Below, in pieces: positions 48,501 to 61,797 of a stretch of DNA of 64,000 nucleotides. The stretch is from Callorhinchus milii (Eukaryota): assembly GCF_018977255.1 (NCBI RefSeq), contig NW_024704742.1, positions 99,574,001 to 99,638,000 of the forward strand, in the 5' to 3' direction. The position numbers and the translations under genes are program-made. Position 1 is the stretch's first letter, and the number at the start of each line of letters is the position of its first letter. The notes beneath the pieces are model-generated. The model searched no databases. It saw only the letters and a program-made list of their open reading frames with translations, and was not told the origin of the DNA.

Positions 48501-48811
48501 GATCACACATAAAGACTTTCTAGTAATGGTCACTGGATAATGATCACAAGACAAAACTAGGCTGATTTATTTGACGTCCTTGTCTAAGAGCGTTGTGCCC
48601 TACTATTGCCCCAACCAAGATCAAATAATTCACACAGATTAAATCCTAGAAAGACCCAGGGACAGTATGCATCAGTTTTACTTTAAGTTAAAATTAAATC
48701 TAATAATTTGAATTTCCTACGTGGCTCATTTGCTTATGTCAATAATAATAATCCTTACATTTGAATTTGATAGAGCGGCGTTCACATCAGTAAATGTAAT
48801 ATGATACAAAG

Positions 48812-49020
48812 CTACAGTTATATAGCACCTTTCACTTTAGGAGGATGTCCCACAGTGCTTGACGCTGCTATCTGGGCACTCGAGCTGGGGGCGGGAGATG
48901 GAGGTGGGGAAAGATGACCGAAAGCACGGCCAAGGAGGATGGAGTTCCTGAGAGTGCAGACAGAATGGCTGAATGCTCGCCCATCGATGGTAAGATGGAT
49001 AGGATGAAGCAGGTTGGTAC
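48812..49020 (-). mobile_element. L2 3' end
   Basis: tatatagcacctttcactttaggaggatgtcccac tail; reverse strand encodes TIDGRAFSHS..LRNSI. Confidence 0.75.
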
Positions 49021-49076
49021 CTCGCAACTGAAAGGAGCAACTGAGTCAGTAGGTTTAAAGTGCAGAGTATTTGTAC

Positions 49077-50152
49077 AACAACAACAACTTGCATTTATAT
49101 AGCACCCTCCACTGAGGCAGTGTCTCAGAGCACTTAATGATGGCGGAGCCCGACTCCGAGCCGGGGGAGGGTGGGTGGAGATAGCTGTAAGCAGTGTCAA
49201 AGAGGAAGGTTTTCAGGCGGGAATTGAAAAAGGGGAGGGGGTCTAGGCGGAACAATTGAGGGAGAGTGTTTCAAAGTTTCAATGGTGTAGTGGAGGGTGC
49301 GAGGTACGAGCAGGAGGCTGGTGCCAGTCGAGCGGAGAGGCCGGGTGATGGATTAGGGAATGAGGAAGTTGGAAAGGTAGGGAAATGCCACTGAGTGAAG
49401 AGATTTGAACACAAGTGTGAGGATCTTGAAGTCAATCTGTTCAGTGATGGGGAGCCAATGGAGCCTGGCCAGAACTGGTGGGATGTGGGTACAGAGTCAA
49501 TATGCGGGCATCAGTGTTCTGAATGAGCTGGATTTTTTTGGGAGACCAGCGAGGAGTGCATTTGAATAATGCAGGTGGGAAGCGACAAATGCATGCACAA
49601 GGGTTTTGGCTGCATTTGGGGTAAGGTACCGTCAGAGGTGGGTAATGCGGTGGAGGTGGCGAAAGGCAGTCCTGGTCAGGGACCTAATGTAAGGCAGGAA
49701 GTACAGCTGGGAGTCGAACAGGACGCCTAGATTGTGCACTGGTTTTGTGAGTGTGAGGGAGAGCCCAAGGAGGTTGAGGAGTTTAGACCCACAGGAGTGA
49801 ATACTTTGGCGGGAGCCAAAGAATATGGCTTCCGTCTTGTCCATATTCTGCTGCAGGAAGTTTGTACTCATCCAGGCCCTGATGTCTGCCAGACAAACTG
49901 ATAGAATGTCGGCGGTCCTGGAGTTGGTACTGGAGGAGGCAAAATAGATTTGTGTGTCATCCGCAGACATGTTGAAGTTTACTCAGTATCTGCGAATGGC
50001 ATCACCAAGAGGGAGCATATAGATAAGGAAAAGAAGGGGCCAAGGATGGAGCCCTAGGGTAACCTGGAGTAACTCAAATCATGCGAGTGTGGTTCCACTA
50101 AAATGGATGAGGGAGGAAAGATGATGGAGGAGGATGGAGTGGTCGACTATGT
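49077..50152 (-). mobile_element. L2 LINE, 5'-truncated (~1.1 kb), decayed RT
   Basis: SADDTQIYF..FLQQNMDKTEAIFFGS..VHNLGVLFDSQL (ORF 49632..49970); IVDHSILLHHLS near 50100-50150; (GTT)n tail. Confidence 0.93.
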
Positions 50153-50309
50153 TGGTGTGTATTTGTAGGTGAATGCCTGATTGATACGGGACCAGGAAGT
50201 TCTGAGGTCTTATCTTAGTGGGTGATTTCAGCTCTTTACCTCCTCTAAGTTAATTGAATGAGCACCAAGCCTAAAAAAGGACTTTCCCGCTTCTAACTCC
50301 ATAGAAGAA

Positions 50310-50510
50310 AACCTAGAATGTCTGCTTATCTGCCATTGTTGACTTGAATTGCACCATTGAATCAGTGCCTGTAGGAAAGGAAGGTAGAACTTCAAACCCC
50401 TTCCCTTTCTCCCAGCATCTGGTCATATCTATTCTCATTGGAACATAACCCTGAAAGCTTTTAATTTTCAGGAACTTGTCTACTGTCTTTTTAAAATTTG
50501 TTCTGGTCAA
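50310..50510 (-). mobile_element. Old CR1-like 3' end
   Basis: FKKTVDKFLKIKSFQGY fits the CR1 ORF2 C-terminal pattern. Confidence 0.55.
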
Positions 50511-53500
50511 ATCTATGTGAAGACCCTTTGTAACATGACTCGATCAGTAACTTGCCAAGAAATCAGATAAACAGCAATACCACATTGCTGCACAACCGTG
50601 AATGCAATCCAACATTTCACCCTTTGTTGTGTCATATGTAATGGAAAGAATCTGTTCCCATTATGCTTCTGGCTCAGACTTATTTCCATAAAGTTGGATG
50701 GGAAGTGATCTTATAAGTATCTCCTTAATAATTTATCCTTATGAGAGCATTGGAGTTTTGATATTTTACATTGTGCCGTGCTATTCTGGAACAATAAGCG
50801 TTTGTCTTCATTTACCAGGACAGGAGCACTGCCTTGTCACCACTTGGACAAATAGCTTTTTTACTGTTACAATCAGGCTGTCTTTTGTTTACTGCCAAAC
50901 ATGCTAAGAAAACAGTGTCCTGCTGGGCCTTACGCACTTTCACTGAATAAACAGGGAATGGAGCATGGTAAATTCAAATAATGCACTGCACATTATTTTG
51001 ATTGATTCTAAAACCAATGCCGTCAGAGGACATGTACAGTATAAGCTTGGTGCTTAAGTGTGTGTATTTAGTGTCCCTGCTTGTGCACTTCTATCCCATC
51101 TCATCTCTCTTATTAATAGTCTTGTGTTTATAGTACGGCAACTTGTCCGTTTAACACTGAGCAGGAAATCAGGCTAGGTAAACCTGGGAAAAATAGCCTC
51201 ACATTCTCCCCTACTGAAAAATCAATGAGCATGAGGCATTCATCTTCTTGCTGAGTACAAATATAGTTGCTTATATGACAAGCTCTGCTGGGGATTTTAT
51301 TTTAAAACTTATTCTCTTACAGAAAATATTTGCTAACCCAGAATTCACTATGCAACTCAGCTCTGGCCGAGATTCCATCCTTGAATTTGTTAATTAAAAA
51401 GGTCTAAAGTGGATTAAAAAAGGGAATGTGTACCAGCACACATGAGATACTTCCTATCGTACTCTTTGTTCCGTACATGAGTTTGCGACTATGCTATAAA
51501 TCTTTAATGTTTCGCTTCCTATTTCTCCCGGAAATATTTGCTTGTCTAAAACAACATGTACTCTTGAATTGCTGGACAGTGTGATCAAAGGAACACGTTG
51601 AAATGACTTATTCCTCCAATATATTATCATTTTAATGTGATTCTAAAACTAATACTCATTTCCTTGTGAGTATGATATGGACCTAGCAAGTACAAAGGAT
51701 TAGGTTTACTGCAACTGTTGCAATTGTCTACAAAAACAGTCACTACACCTAACAGTAATTGCCTGTGAAGTATTTTGAGGCATTTCAGCTCAATAAAAAT
51801 GCGTTATTGGTAGTGATGCTTCCCACTTTTGAATAGCCTGTGGACTATCTCTGTCCAGCCTCACTTGTGAAGAATGATCACTTGGGGAAGGACTACTAAC
51901 ACTTTGGGGTGTCTGGTCACTGCATCAATCGGAGGATGGGCAAAGTGAGGGAATTGGTGGGAAAATAATAAAAGTTCAGAGGCACAAAGGCAGAGAACTC
52001 GTTTGGTGCAAGGTTGTAAAAGGGTTAACCTAGTTTCAAACCCATGTCAATAATTCAGAGACTTGAGTATACAATTGAAAAGATTAGTGCGGAACCAGTG
52101 TAGCAATGAGAGGCTGTCTGTTTTGCAGATGTGTGCTAAGCGAGAGGAGGGGAAAGAAGCTGGAAATGTAGACGCTTCAAGGCCTCAAACCTTTTTTTTC
52201 TACACGTTAAATAGATATTTTAAATTCCTACAGTACATTTACGTTTGGTTGCTTAACACAGCCAGTACTGTATTTCTCAATGAAGGGCACTTCGAAGTCA
52301 CTGAAAGAGAATGTGAAAGCTGTTTGCTTCAAGACTAAGGTGTAAAATATTTAAGCATATGAAAGATTAATGGCAGGCACGATGGCAGTATATATTAATA
52401 TTCAATGTGCTGAAAATCTTTAAATAACAAATACTTTCATTTTTTCTTTCCTTCTTAGAGGGCCCAAGCACCTTCTCCCAGTTTTATTTTATTTATTCAA
52501 ATGGGCCTAAAGCCCACATTTTCTGCTGGGATATGAATTACATCATTGTCTTTTTCAAGCTTGTTACATTAATCAAAAGCTATACCATTTATTAAGCTGC
52601 TAGTTAGTGCTCAGGGCATTTTAGAGCAGAAGCCTTCGATACTGCTGCTGGGCACTGAGTAGAAGACGCGCAGTAGATTCAAGTCAGGTACAAATTGAAT
52701 TTCAAGTGAGTGAGCAGGTTCTTTAGCTGCAGCTTATTCCTCAGTGACACGGATAGTGATTGAGGTGGTATTATTAGAGGAATTGAAACCTACAGCATCC
52801 AGCAATCATTGGGTAGTTACCAGAGCCCTTCCCTGCAGTCTCTATGGTAATGCTGATGAGAGTGACCTTTCCAAAAATGCACAAAGCCTTGATTTCTGCA
52901 CAGTTAACCTTTACAAGCAGGAACCCTCCTGTGAAAACTCACTACAACAGAGAGATGTGTTACAAACACCTCTTTCTAAAAGCCTCCAGTGAAAGTCCAG
53001 TGCAGTGCAGCAGTTAAAGATAAGTGACAGGTTGCAATTAAAATGTGTTGCATCTGAACATTCTCACTCTGTTGTGTACATTATTTTAAATATCATTGCG
53101 GTAAGCATATTTTATTTGCATTCAGTAACTGGAGGAGGTGAAGAAGGAGGGAGGGAGATTATAAAATAATCCAAACAAATGAAATAGAATTGTTAATTAG
53201 ATTCAAGTTTCTCCTAGGTATTTATAGCTAAGTATGCACAACACACTTATGGTAGTCAGCAATCATTATACTTTAAGGTATTGAATAAACTTGCTAGGAC
53301 ACGCTGTGTTTTCATTAGCAAGTAATTCTTTTAGGTTTATAGCTGGGTGAATAATGAAATAACAAGTCAAGATGCACACATGTATAATTTATTTCACGAA
53401 TGTTTTCTTTTCCAAACCCGTGGAAGGATATATAACATGCCCAGATTCTTTAGCCAGATCCCTTCAAAAACATTTACAAAAAGTAGTTATTTATTGACGG

Positions 53501-54554
53501 ATTTAGCCCAATTTCCCCGAACATTCCTTTTTAATCAGTTCTCTGTTTGGATTGGACTTAGTTTCCCGACAAAGAAAGAACCTAATTCATGTTTCCTGCT
53601 TTGGTCAAGCTTTGATGAATCAAATTGATCTGATAGCATGTATGCAGAAATAGCCATTCAGTATTATATATATTATATGTATAAAATTGAATATCATCTA
53701 AGCTATTTTAAAACTACCTACGGACCCAAATTGAATTGTGCTTTTTCCTTCCAAATGAATCCAAGTAAAATTGCTCAACTTTGGTTTGCAATTGTTTCAA
53801 ATGGTTCAAAAATGACCTAGATTGTTTTGTAATGTCTAGAATTAATGAATGAAAGCTGGTGAAGATCAGACTGTAATGCATTTAATTTTGACATTCTTGT
53901 GAAAGGCTGCTATAAACTGGACAGCATTCTTCCGAGCATATGTGCTGGCAGAGTTCAAATTGTGTTTCACCATGTTGTTTCCATGATTAATACAATGTGA
54001 TACAATTAAGTCACAAAAAGCAAATTAAAAAAACACCTTTTAAATCCTAATTGGACCTCTTCAGGCAGACAAAACCATTAATTTTTCTTTGCCAGTCGAA
54101 GTGGGGGTGTGGGAAGGAGGGAGAGAAAATGAGTTAGATATTCAGATTTTTATTTTCAAATGCAAGTCATATAATGTATTTGGAATGATTGGAAAAGCTG
54201 GGAAACTTATTCGGCAGGATATCAATTACATTCTGCGTAAATCCAGATTTGTTGGGCATTTAACACCTGGTCTGATTTGTGTTGTGGCTCCAGACTGTTA
54301 CTATTTTTAGTTCACGTCTACCCATATCTTAGGCAAACACCAATGTAAAGATAATGGGGTGGAAACAAATTGTCTGAGGCTACAGTCAGCAGGGAACACA
54401 TGCATGCCGATGGAATCTGGGATGCAGGTCAGGCTCTGATACACATCACAAAAGTGGCGCCATGTTATTTACAAGTCTTCACTTACATAGAAAGCCCTGC
54501 AGGCTGATGGCCCTCTTCACAATTACGTTACGTGAATAAGTGTATATGTCAATG

Positions 54555-54730
54555 CTTCCTCCTTCCCCTTGTTCAAGGCACATCTCAAAACGTACTTGTT
54601 TGACCCTGCTTTTGGCCATCTTTCCCCTCCGAACCCTTAAGTTCCCACCTCTGCCCCGGGTGCCCACTCAGCACCATCAAGTGCTTTGGGACGTTCTCCC
54701 ACTGTGAAAGGCGCTATAATAGTCTAAATT
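54555..54730 (+). mobile_element. L2 3' end
   Basis: ttcaaggcacatctcaaaacgtacttgttt (FKAHLKTYLF); tail gtgaaaggcgctata. Confidence 0.75.
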
Positions 54731-54829
54731 GCATTGTAATTTTATATTCAAGAGTGTAGTCTTTTACACCAAAATTACACAAATACACAAAATTATTTTC
54801 TTTTTCACTTTTCTCTTCCTGTCTAATTT

Positions 54830-55600
54830 CTCTAATATTTTCTTCTACCCGCTTTCAACCAGTTTCAACCAAGCTTCCTGATAACCTATCCCACTTGTTA
54901 ATTGCCATCTAAATAAAGAAACACTTACTAGTATCAGCCTGAAATTCCCCTGTGCGACCCTAAACTTGTGTTCTCGTGTTCTTTGAATCCCATTTAAGAT
55001 CAAACATGCTGTTATAAGGTACCTTCTGAGGCATGTAACGTAACTACAATGGTGCAAGTACTGCAGTCGTGCCGGGGCCTGCCAGATTATGGGGCCCAAT
55101 CAATTGGCGGAAGAATGTTGTGAGGGTGTAAGCACACCTCCGCTCCTCCAAAAATATTTTGAGCCAATTTGGAAATACGTACCTGTCTCCTGGGCTCCAA
55201 GTGGGCCTGTATGCGCATAGTGTACCCGCAGTTCTTTTAAATTTGGAGGCTCCCCCTCTCCTCTCCTAATGACTTCCTGCATTGTGTGTTATGGTACTGC
55301 TGTGTTGATTTTCCAAGAGGTAAAAAAAGGTAAGCAAAATTTTAGATTTTGGAATGGGGTAGGAGGCCCATAAGCTATTCTTGCACCAGGACTCCTTGTT
55401 ATGCACTGTTTGAGGCATTGTGTTTCAAGACTGAAGAGCTTAAGCTTGTTTAATCATTGCTCATTTCTAATACTGGGGATAATCCGTGTTGCTTTCCTCT
55501 GCATTGCCTCTGTGACCTGGGTAGCAGGTCATGGTGACTAGAAGTTTACACTGTATTCAAGGTGTAGCCTGATCAGAGCAATATATAGCTTGAGGATGAA
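54830..55600 (-). mobile_element. Old CR1 ORF2 C-terminal fragment split by a MITE
   Basis: Reverse strand ILKLYIALIRLHLEYSVNF*SP (~55535-55600) and LRRYLITACLILNG..RTREHKFRV (~54950-55030) match CR1 motifs. Confidence 0.75.
55033..55408. mobile_element. Putative hAT-type MITE
   Basis: Interrupts the CR1. Imperfect termini (cgtaac..tggtgcaag / cttgcacca..gttatgcactg) and 8-bp flanks tctgaggc / tttgaggc. Confidence 0.5.
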
Positions 55601-57427
55601 GACCTGAACTCAAATCTTCTGTGGCTCTGAACTCATCCAAAGGTGCTTGACTCCTCTCTCCTACTGGGTCACAGTTCCCCATTTGCACTCCAGTTCATCA
55701 CCCATATGGTTATTTTTCATTAACTGTGAATGTCATCGGGTTGTTTGATGTTTGCTGACAACAACAACCACTTCCATTTATATAGCGACCTTCATGCGGG
55801 ATAGCGTCTTGGAGCGCTTCACAGCGGCGAAGTCTGACAAGTTACCATAAGACCCAGCCTGTCCCTTTCGATACTCACCCATGTGCAGTAAGGGCCCATC
55901 GATCGTGATCAGGAGCAGTTAACCCTCACTGGTTTTCTCCTGCTTATCCAATGGCTACTGAGACCAATGAAGCAGTCTGACTGTTGTTCCTATATTCAGA
56001 TGTATGGTCTTCGGCTATATGGTTTATGCTGCACCAGGTGATGGCTTTATTCATTAGTTTATGGGGAAGCCAATCTCTTACTTCCCATTAGATAACTGTA
56101 ATCCTTGTAACTGTAATAGTCACTACACTTTACATGAAGTCCTGTGAAATACCTTGAAAAATCCTCCTGACATGAAGGAAACAATATCAAATGCAAATAC
56201 TATTTATTGTTGAGGAAGGTTGCAGGGTGCCATGCAGATTGTTTCATGCATCACCAGCATTTTTTAAAAAAAAGTCACAACGACATTCTTAGTCACAGGT
56301 CAGTGGTAGATTAACCTGCTCTTCTGACCTCCCACCTCTCAGCCTCAGAATGTTGGTTTACCGTCTGCAGGAAGATTACATTCAGATTGGATCAATGGAA
56401 TCAAGACTGATTTGCTCCTTGTAAACAAGGTATAGTTCCACATTACGCACCATATGGTGTGCTCTTCAAATCTTTTTTTTGTAAATGCTTCCAACCCTTA
56501 TCAGAAAAGTAAGCCAAGATGAATCTCAAATCAAGAGATTCATCTGTTTTAGGGGTCTGTTGCCAGAATTGACTGTATAAGCTGATGTAAGGGTGCTAAC
56601 TACCAGATACTAAACAGTCTGGAGTATGTAATTACAATGCAATCTCAGAATAACTGCTGAGCTCATGTGCACATTAGATTGCACGACTGCTATTGTGCTC
56701 TGTGCTCTGCAATAAGCGTAAATCCTCATGTCAAATCAATTCTGCGCACCACTAGCATTTGTCTTCAATGTATTGAGATCAAATTGATTTAGTTGTCCTT
56801 CATGTTGATACACATATACATTGTCTCTTTAACACACAAATGGAAATACTGATATACACTGTATAATACTCTACACATATATACACAAATATATGATACA
56901 GATTTACTTAATTGAAAACCTGTCCTGATTGTAAGTGTTTGTAGCCTCATTTACACCACAGCTGTAAATCTCCATGTTGTGAATTTGCAGCTGATTCCCA
57001 TTGTAACAGTGTTTGTGAAAGGTGCAAAGTTATTTTCTCTGAGCTGATGGGGACAAATGTCCATTGCTGGTAGTCCAGCTCACAGTAGACTGCTTTGTTT
57101 GGGGGGATAACTGGAGTGCATGCAACGGGCTGGTAATTCAATGCTGTCTGCCACTTGGATCAGAGTAGGGCAGGGATGAATATAAACGGTAAGAGATCAT
57201 GTTCAATTCACATCTGTGATCTGAGCAAATGTAATGTCCAAATGTAAACTGGCTACTTAATTACATTTGCTTAAATTAACTACCCCTCCACTGACAGCCA
57301 TTCCTTCTATTTATTCCCCCAGTTACCTTCCAGAGACTTATTTTCCTTCTATAGACTTAGACATAGATATACAGACATTATCCTTTCTCCAGCACCTCAC
57401 CCTTTACAAAAAGTGCATTGCATTTGG

Positions 57428-57515
57428 CAACAACAACAACAACAAGATTCCATTTATAAAGCGCCTTTCACGTCAGGAGGACGTCCCAAGGTGCTGCACA
57501 GTTGGGTCATGACCT
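57428..57515 (-). mobile_element. Very short young L2 tail insertion
   Basis: (CAA)n-gattccatttataaagcgcctttcacgtcaggaggacgtcccaaggtgctgcacagttgggtcatgacc. Confidence 0.88.
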
Positions 57516-57534
57516 AACAAGGTGAAGCTGGGGT

Positions 57535-57850
57535 AATAAATAATATATAAATTATCCTTGCATTTGATAGTGCGTCTCATAGTGCTTTACCTGCTTGGTT
57601 CTGCCCCTGATTGTGGTCACTATATTTGTACATGAATTCAGCAGTCAATTTGCAACCAGCAATATTACACAAACAGCCATGAAATGAATGGCCCATTGTA
57701 TCTGGGGGATTGTCGGTCGGGATACCGGGAGAAAAACTCCCTACTCTTTTCAAATAGAGCCTTTGCATCTCTAATGTCCACATGAACATGCAGACAGGAC
57801 CTCAGTTGAAGCTTTGACCTTTGAGTTTAGTGTCTAGATGTAGGGCTTGA
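57535..57850 (-). mobile_element. Deu-domain SINE, degenerate
   Basis: acaaacagccatgaaatgaatg..gggataccgggagaaaaactccc..gtccacatgaacatgcagacagg. Confidence 0.7.
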
Positions 57851-60800
57851 ATTATATCCCTATTTGTATTATCCACATGGGTGCATATCCAGCAGAGGTT
57901 ATTTCAGAGTGAGTAGAAATTCTTAGCCAATTTTTCACTTCCTGACCCAGGGACGACTGAAACCAATTGTCCTGCTTGATAAACAACTAACTCAGCCTGG
58001 ACAAGGGATCAAACTTGGGACCTTTCCAGTGTGTGTGGCTCAGCAACTCATCAAATGACAAGGCTTTGGTGGAAGCCTCTCTATCTTAAAATAATAATCC
58101 TTACATTTGGTACAGTGCCTTTCACATCGGGAAGACGTCTCAAAGCATTTCACTGGCTATAGTATAGTGTGAAGTGCAATGGCTGTGAGTTTTTTGTGTA
58201 ATACTGCATGAGGTGATTTACAGCATAAATCTGAGTGATTTCATTGTTATATTGTTTTACCTGCAGCACACTGTTTTGGAGGTTGGCTGGTATCGGGTGC
58301 ATGATGCTGAATGCCACTCCACAGTAATAATGGAGATGCCACACGTGCCTGAAATAACTATAATATCTTTGTGCATGAGGCCTTTTTTAAACAAAAAAAT
58401 GTTTGCAAATGAAATCAATCCACAGAGGATGAAATATTAATTGAAATAATGCATTTTACACAAATACAATTTCAGAGAGAAAAACAACAATCTTTCTATC
58501 AGTGTGTTAAAGAGCCACTTAAATGATCTGGTTACTACAGCAGCTGCAGCACCCCTATTAGGAATTTCTGTGGCCATTACAGATTAGTTAAAGATTCAGT
58601 TGCCCTTCCCCCACTCCACCCGCTCTCAATGCTTCATTCACACAGGCTGAGAGTTTTAAAGCTCCACTATTCTCCATAGAGATGACACAGAGCTACTGAT
58701 TAGATGAGCAAATAAATGTATTGGTTAATTTATTAATATGGCTGCAGGCTCTGTTGTAATTTATTTTTCACTTCTACGAACCATCCATTTGAGCCTGAAA
58801 ACCATTCTCCTGAAGTGCCTGGCTCCAAGACTGCTGGAGTGAATTATTCATGTGAGGCAGAATAGAATGGAGAACATTTGACTCAGTCCTTTAATTCTTA
58901 TTTGTTGCTTTCATCTGACAGCTTGCTTTTCTTTAACATATAAAAAAGAAAAATGTCTCCCTCCCCCCCCAGATTTTCTCATTAACCTTGGTCATAAGTT
59001 TTTACAAAATCAATTTAACAATTTTGATATATATAAAAAATAAATTATTCAGTGCAACGTTCAGAAGAGAAAAGCTATGTAAATCTGAAGCACAGCATTG
59101 GGTGACAATCTGCCAGTACGGTTCAGTTCACTGGCTGATACGGTTTTCATTGACAAAGCAATAAGTTGCCCCAGTTGTTTTGGATGGAGGAGCTGACATA
59201 ACTGGTGTTATTCTGAAACAACTGGTAAACAAAACTGCAAGACAAAATTGTGCTCAGTGTGGAATGAATGGTGATCGCTGAACTGCGATACAAAAGCATT
59301 GTGCTCCTTGTGACAAATCCCAAAGCTGTTCATTTGATTCAAAATGATTCTGTGCTGCTCATGAGCCCTGAATGGGCCTGCAGATTGACAGCTCCAATGC
59401 AAGAATTCTTCTGTGTGTTTCAGCTGCTAAATTTGAAAGCACTTTAATTGTACAATGATGAATAAGAATTTCTCTCTCTCTCATCTCTTTCAGATCCCAG
59501 ATACAAAATAAACAATTAGTGTTTATTAAAGTAAATGCTCTACCAGTAATCGGGGAAATCTGTGCTGGTTCTACTGTTCTTTCTCTCCAGAGAATCAAGA
59601 TGTGAAGTGCAAGGCAGGAGATATGGAACAATGTATTTCCTTTTATTCTGTTTTTTGGCGTGTGGTGAATTAATGCTTGGGGTTGGGGTAGGGATGAGGG
59701 TGGGGGTCTAAATGGGGGGAACAACCTCTGTGTTGTGAACCGAAAGCTACTTTCCATCGTTCAAATGTGCTGTGTTTGGAATAATCAATAATACAGTTGC
59801 TATTCAATACTCTTTCAGTCCATCGCAACTAAGGAAGACATTAATATTGTATTGTATTGACTTCTTCAGCTGGTCATAACAAAGAATACATTTTTAATTT
59901 CACACCTTTCCTTCCCCCTCTCTCCCATTAGGGTTTAATTCAAATGACCATATTTTTTGGAGGTTCACCAGTCCCAAGATTTGAAGCAGCTCAGCTTGAA
60001 AGCTCATTTGGCACTCCGTCTGCAAACTCAAAGCAGGCAGTCGATGTATAACAGCTAGCATTAAGTGCCAAACCTTCAGTAATGGATCACTGGCAAGGAG
60101 CTGTTTATGCATTCATTATAGCAATACATAAAGAAAAATTATATATAAATATAAAAGAAGCCGCCCTCATTCCTTCCTTTCATCATTTAGAGCGGTCTTT
60201 AAGCTTGAAAAAAAATGTGTTTATCAGTTGATTCTCAGGATTGGTAATAACAATCTCGTAATAGATTGATGTTGGATTTTGGATGATTGTGGTGTGAATC
60301 TTTTACTCTTCCTTCAGAACAGAAAGCAGTTTGTTCTTTAGTATCTGTTTTATGAAGAACATTATTGACTTTCTGGTGAAATTACCCTGGAATCTAAAAT
60401 AATGTGTGCTGATCCTCTGTGCCCTTCATACAAACAGAAGCTGTTTTGAGCTCTATTACTGATTGCTCTAAAAACTCACTTTAATTCCCAATAATATGAT
60501 TAAAATCTGCTGACTTTGGGTGTTTGGCATTGACCTGCTGACTCCCGTGTTGCAAGTATCCTGTCTTTGTGGAATGAACACGGTCAGACAAAAATGGCTC
60601 AATTTTAGCGGAACACAATTACATTATTTATCACCAACTGCTCCAGGGGCAAACCCACTGATTCTGGTTTCAATGGTGATATCCGTGAAGTCAGGTCCAC
60701 AGCCTTGGGCTTTCGGCACTTAGATCACGGCTTTTGATTGCATGATACCTACCCTCTCCCCTATATCTTGTTGGGTTAAGAGAGTGTCATGAGAGGATTA

Positions 60801-61109
60801 AACATTGGTCATGATCTAATGCAATGAGGGAAAGATTTGTTTGGCCTAATAGGCTATTCCAGCACCTAGGTTCCTTTGACTGTGACATTTATTTTATCTT
60901 TGGGGATGGAGCTTCCCCATTTACTCTGCTGGGTAGTACAGCATGGAAACAATTGTCCATTGTACAAACTTCTCATCTGGACCCCAACATCAATCTTCTG
61001 CATCAATCGAGCAGGTGAGCCATAGAGACCAGGGAAGGTCCTAGGTTTGATCCCAAGTCTGTGTTGAGATTGTTTTGAGTTAAACTCTACATCTAACTCG
61101 ACCTCCAGA

Positions 61110-61253
61110 TAATTATTTGGGGAGGACAAGTTTGCAGGGCTATGGGGAGAAAGTGGGGGAGTGGGATTGATTTGGATAGCTCTTTTCAAAGAGCTGGCAC
61201 AAACACGATGAGCCAAATGGCCTCCTTTGGTGCTGTATAATTCTATGATTCTT
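61110..61253 (+). mobile_element. CR1 LINE 3' end
   Basis: gcagggctatggggagaaag..gatagctcttttcaaagagctggcac..aaatggcctcct..ttctatgattc. Confidence 0.82.
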
Positions 61254-61494
61254 CAAACAAACTCTCGATCACCTACTCTGCTCCGCTCCCCCCTTGCTCG
61301 GCATCCAATCCCAAGCCAGTAAAGCCCTCCTAGACATTAGCCTGTGGGAAGGGCATTATATATTTATATATGCAAGTTGTTGTTGATTTCAGTCAGGCTG
61401 GTACTAGGGCCTAACTGAGCACACCAGGTCAAGGTTGGAAAAATCAGCCTGTTCTTGATCGCTATCGATTGATCGTTCCTAGTGGTACAATCCT

Positions 61495-61797
61495 TTGTCC
61501 TTCTAATGAGACATTAAACCAAGGTTATATCTGCCTGTTCAGGTGGATTGCTAAAGATTCCATGGTGAAAAGAGAAGAGAGCTTTACCCAATATCCTGAC
61601 CAACAAATCCCCCAAATAAAATTGGTCTTTCACTTCATGGCTCTTTGTGAGACATTGGCTGCTGCATTTACCTACAAATACACAGTCACTTCACAGTCAG
61701 TAAAAATCCTGTGAAGCGCACTGAGACATCTTGACAATGTAATGATCTAGCATTTGAAATTTGACAATTGCTACATCAGTTGCAAGGATTATCATCG
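61495..61797 (+). mobile_element. Deu-domain SINE (headless)
   Basis: atgagacattaaaccaagg..ctgcctgttcaggtgga..aaagattccatgg..tgcaaggattat. Confidence 0.78.
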
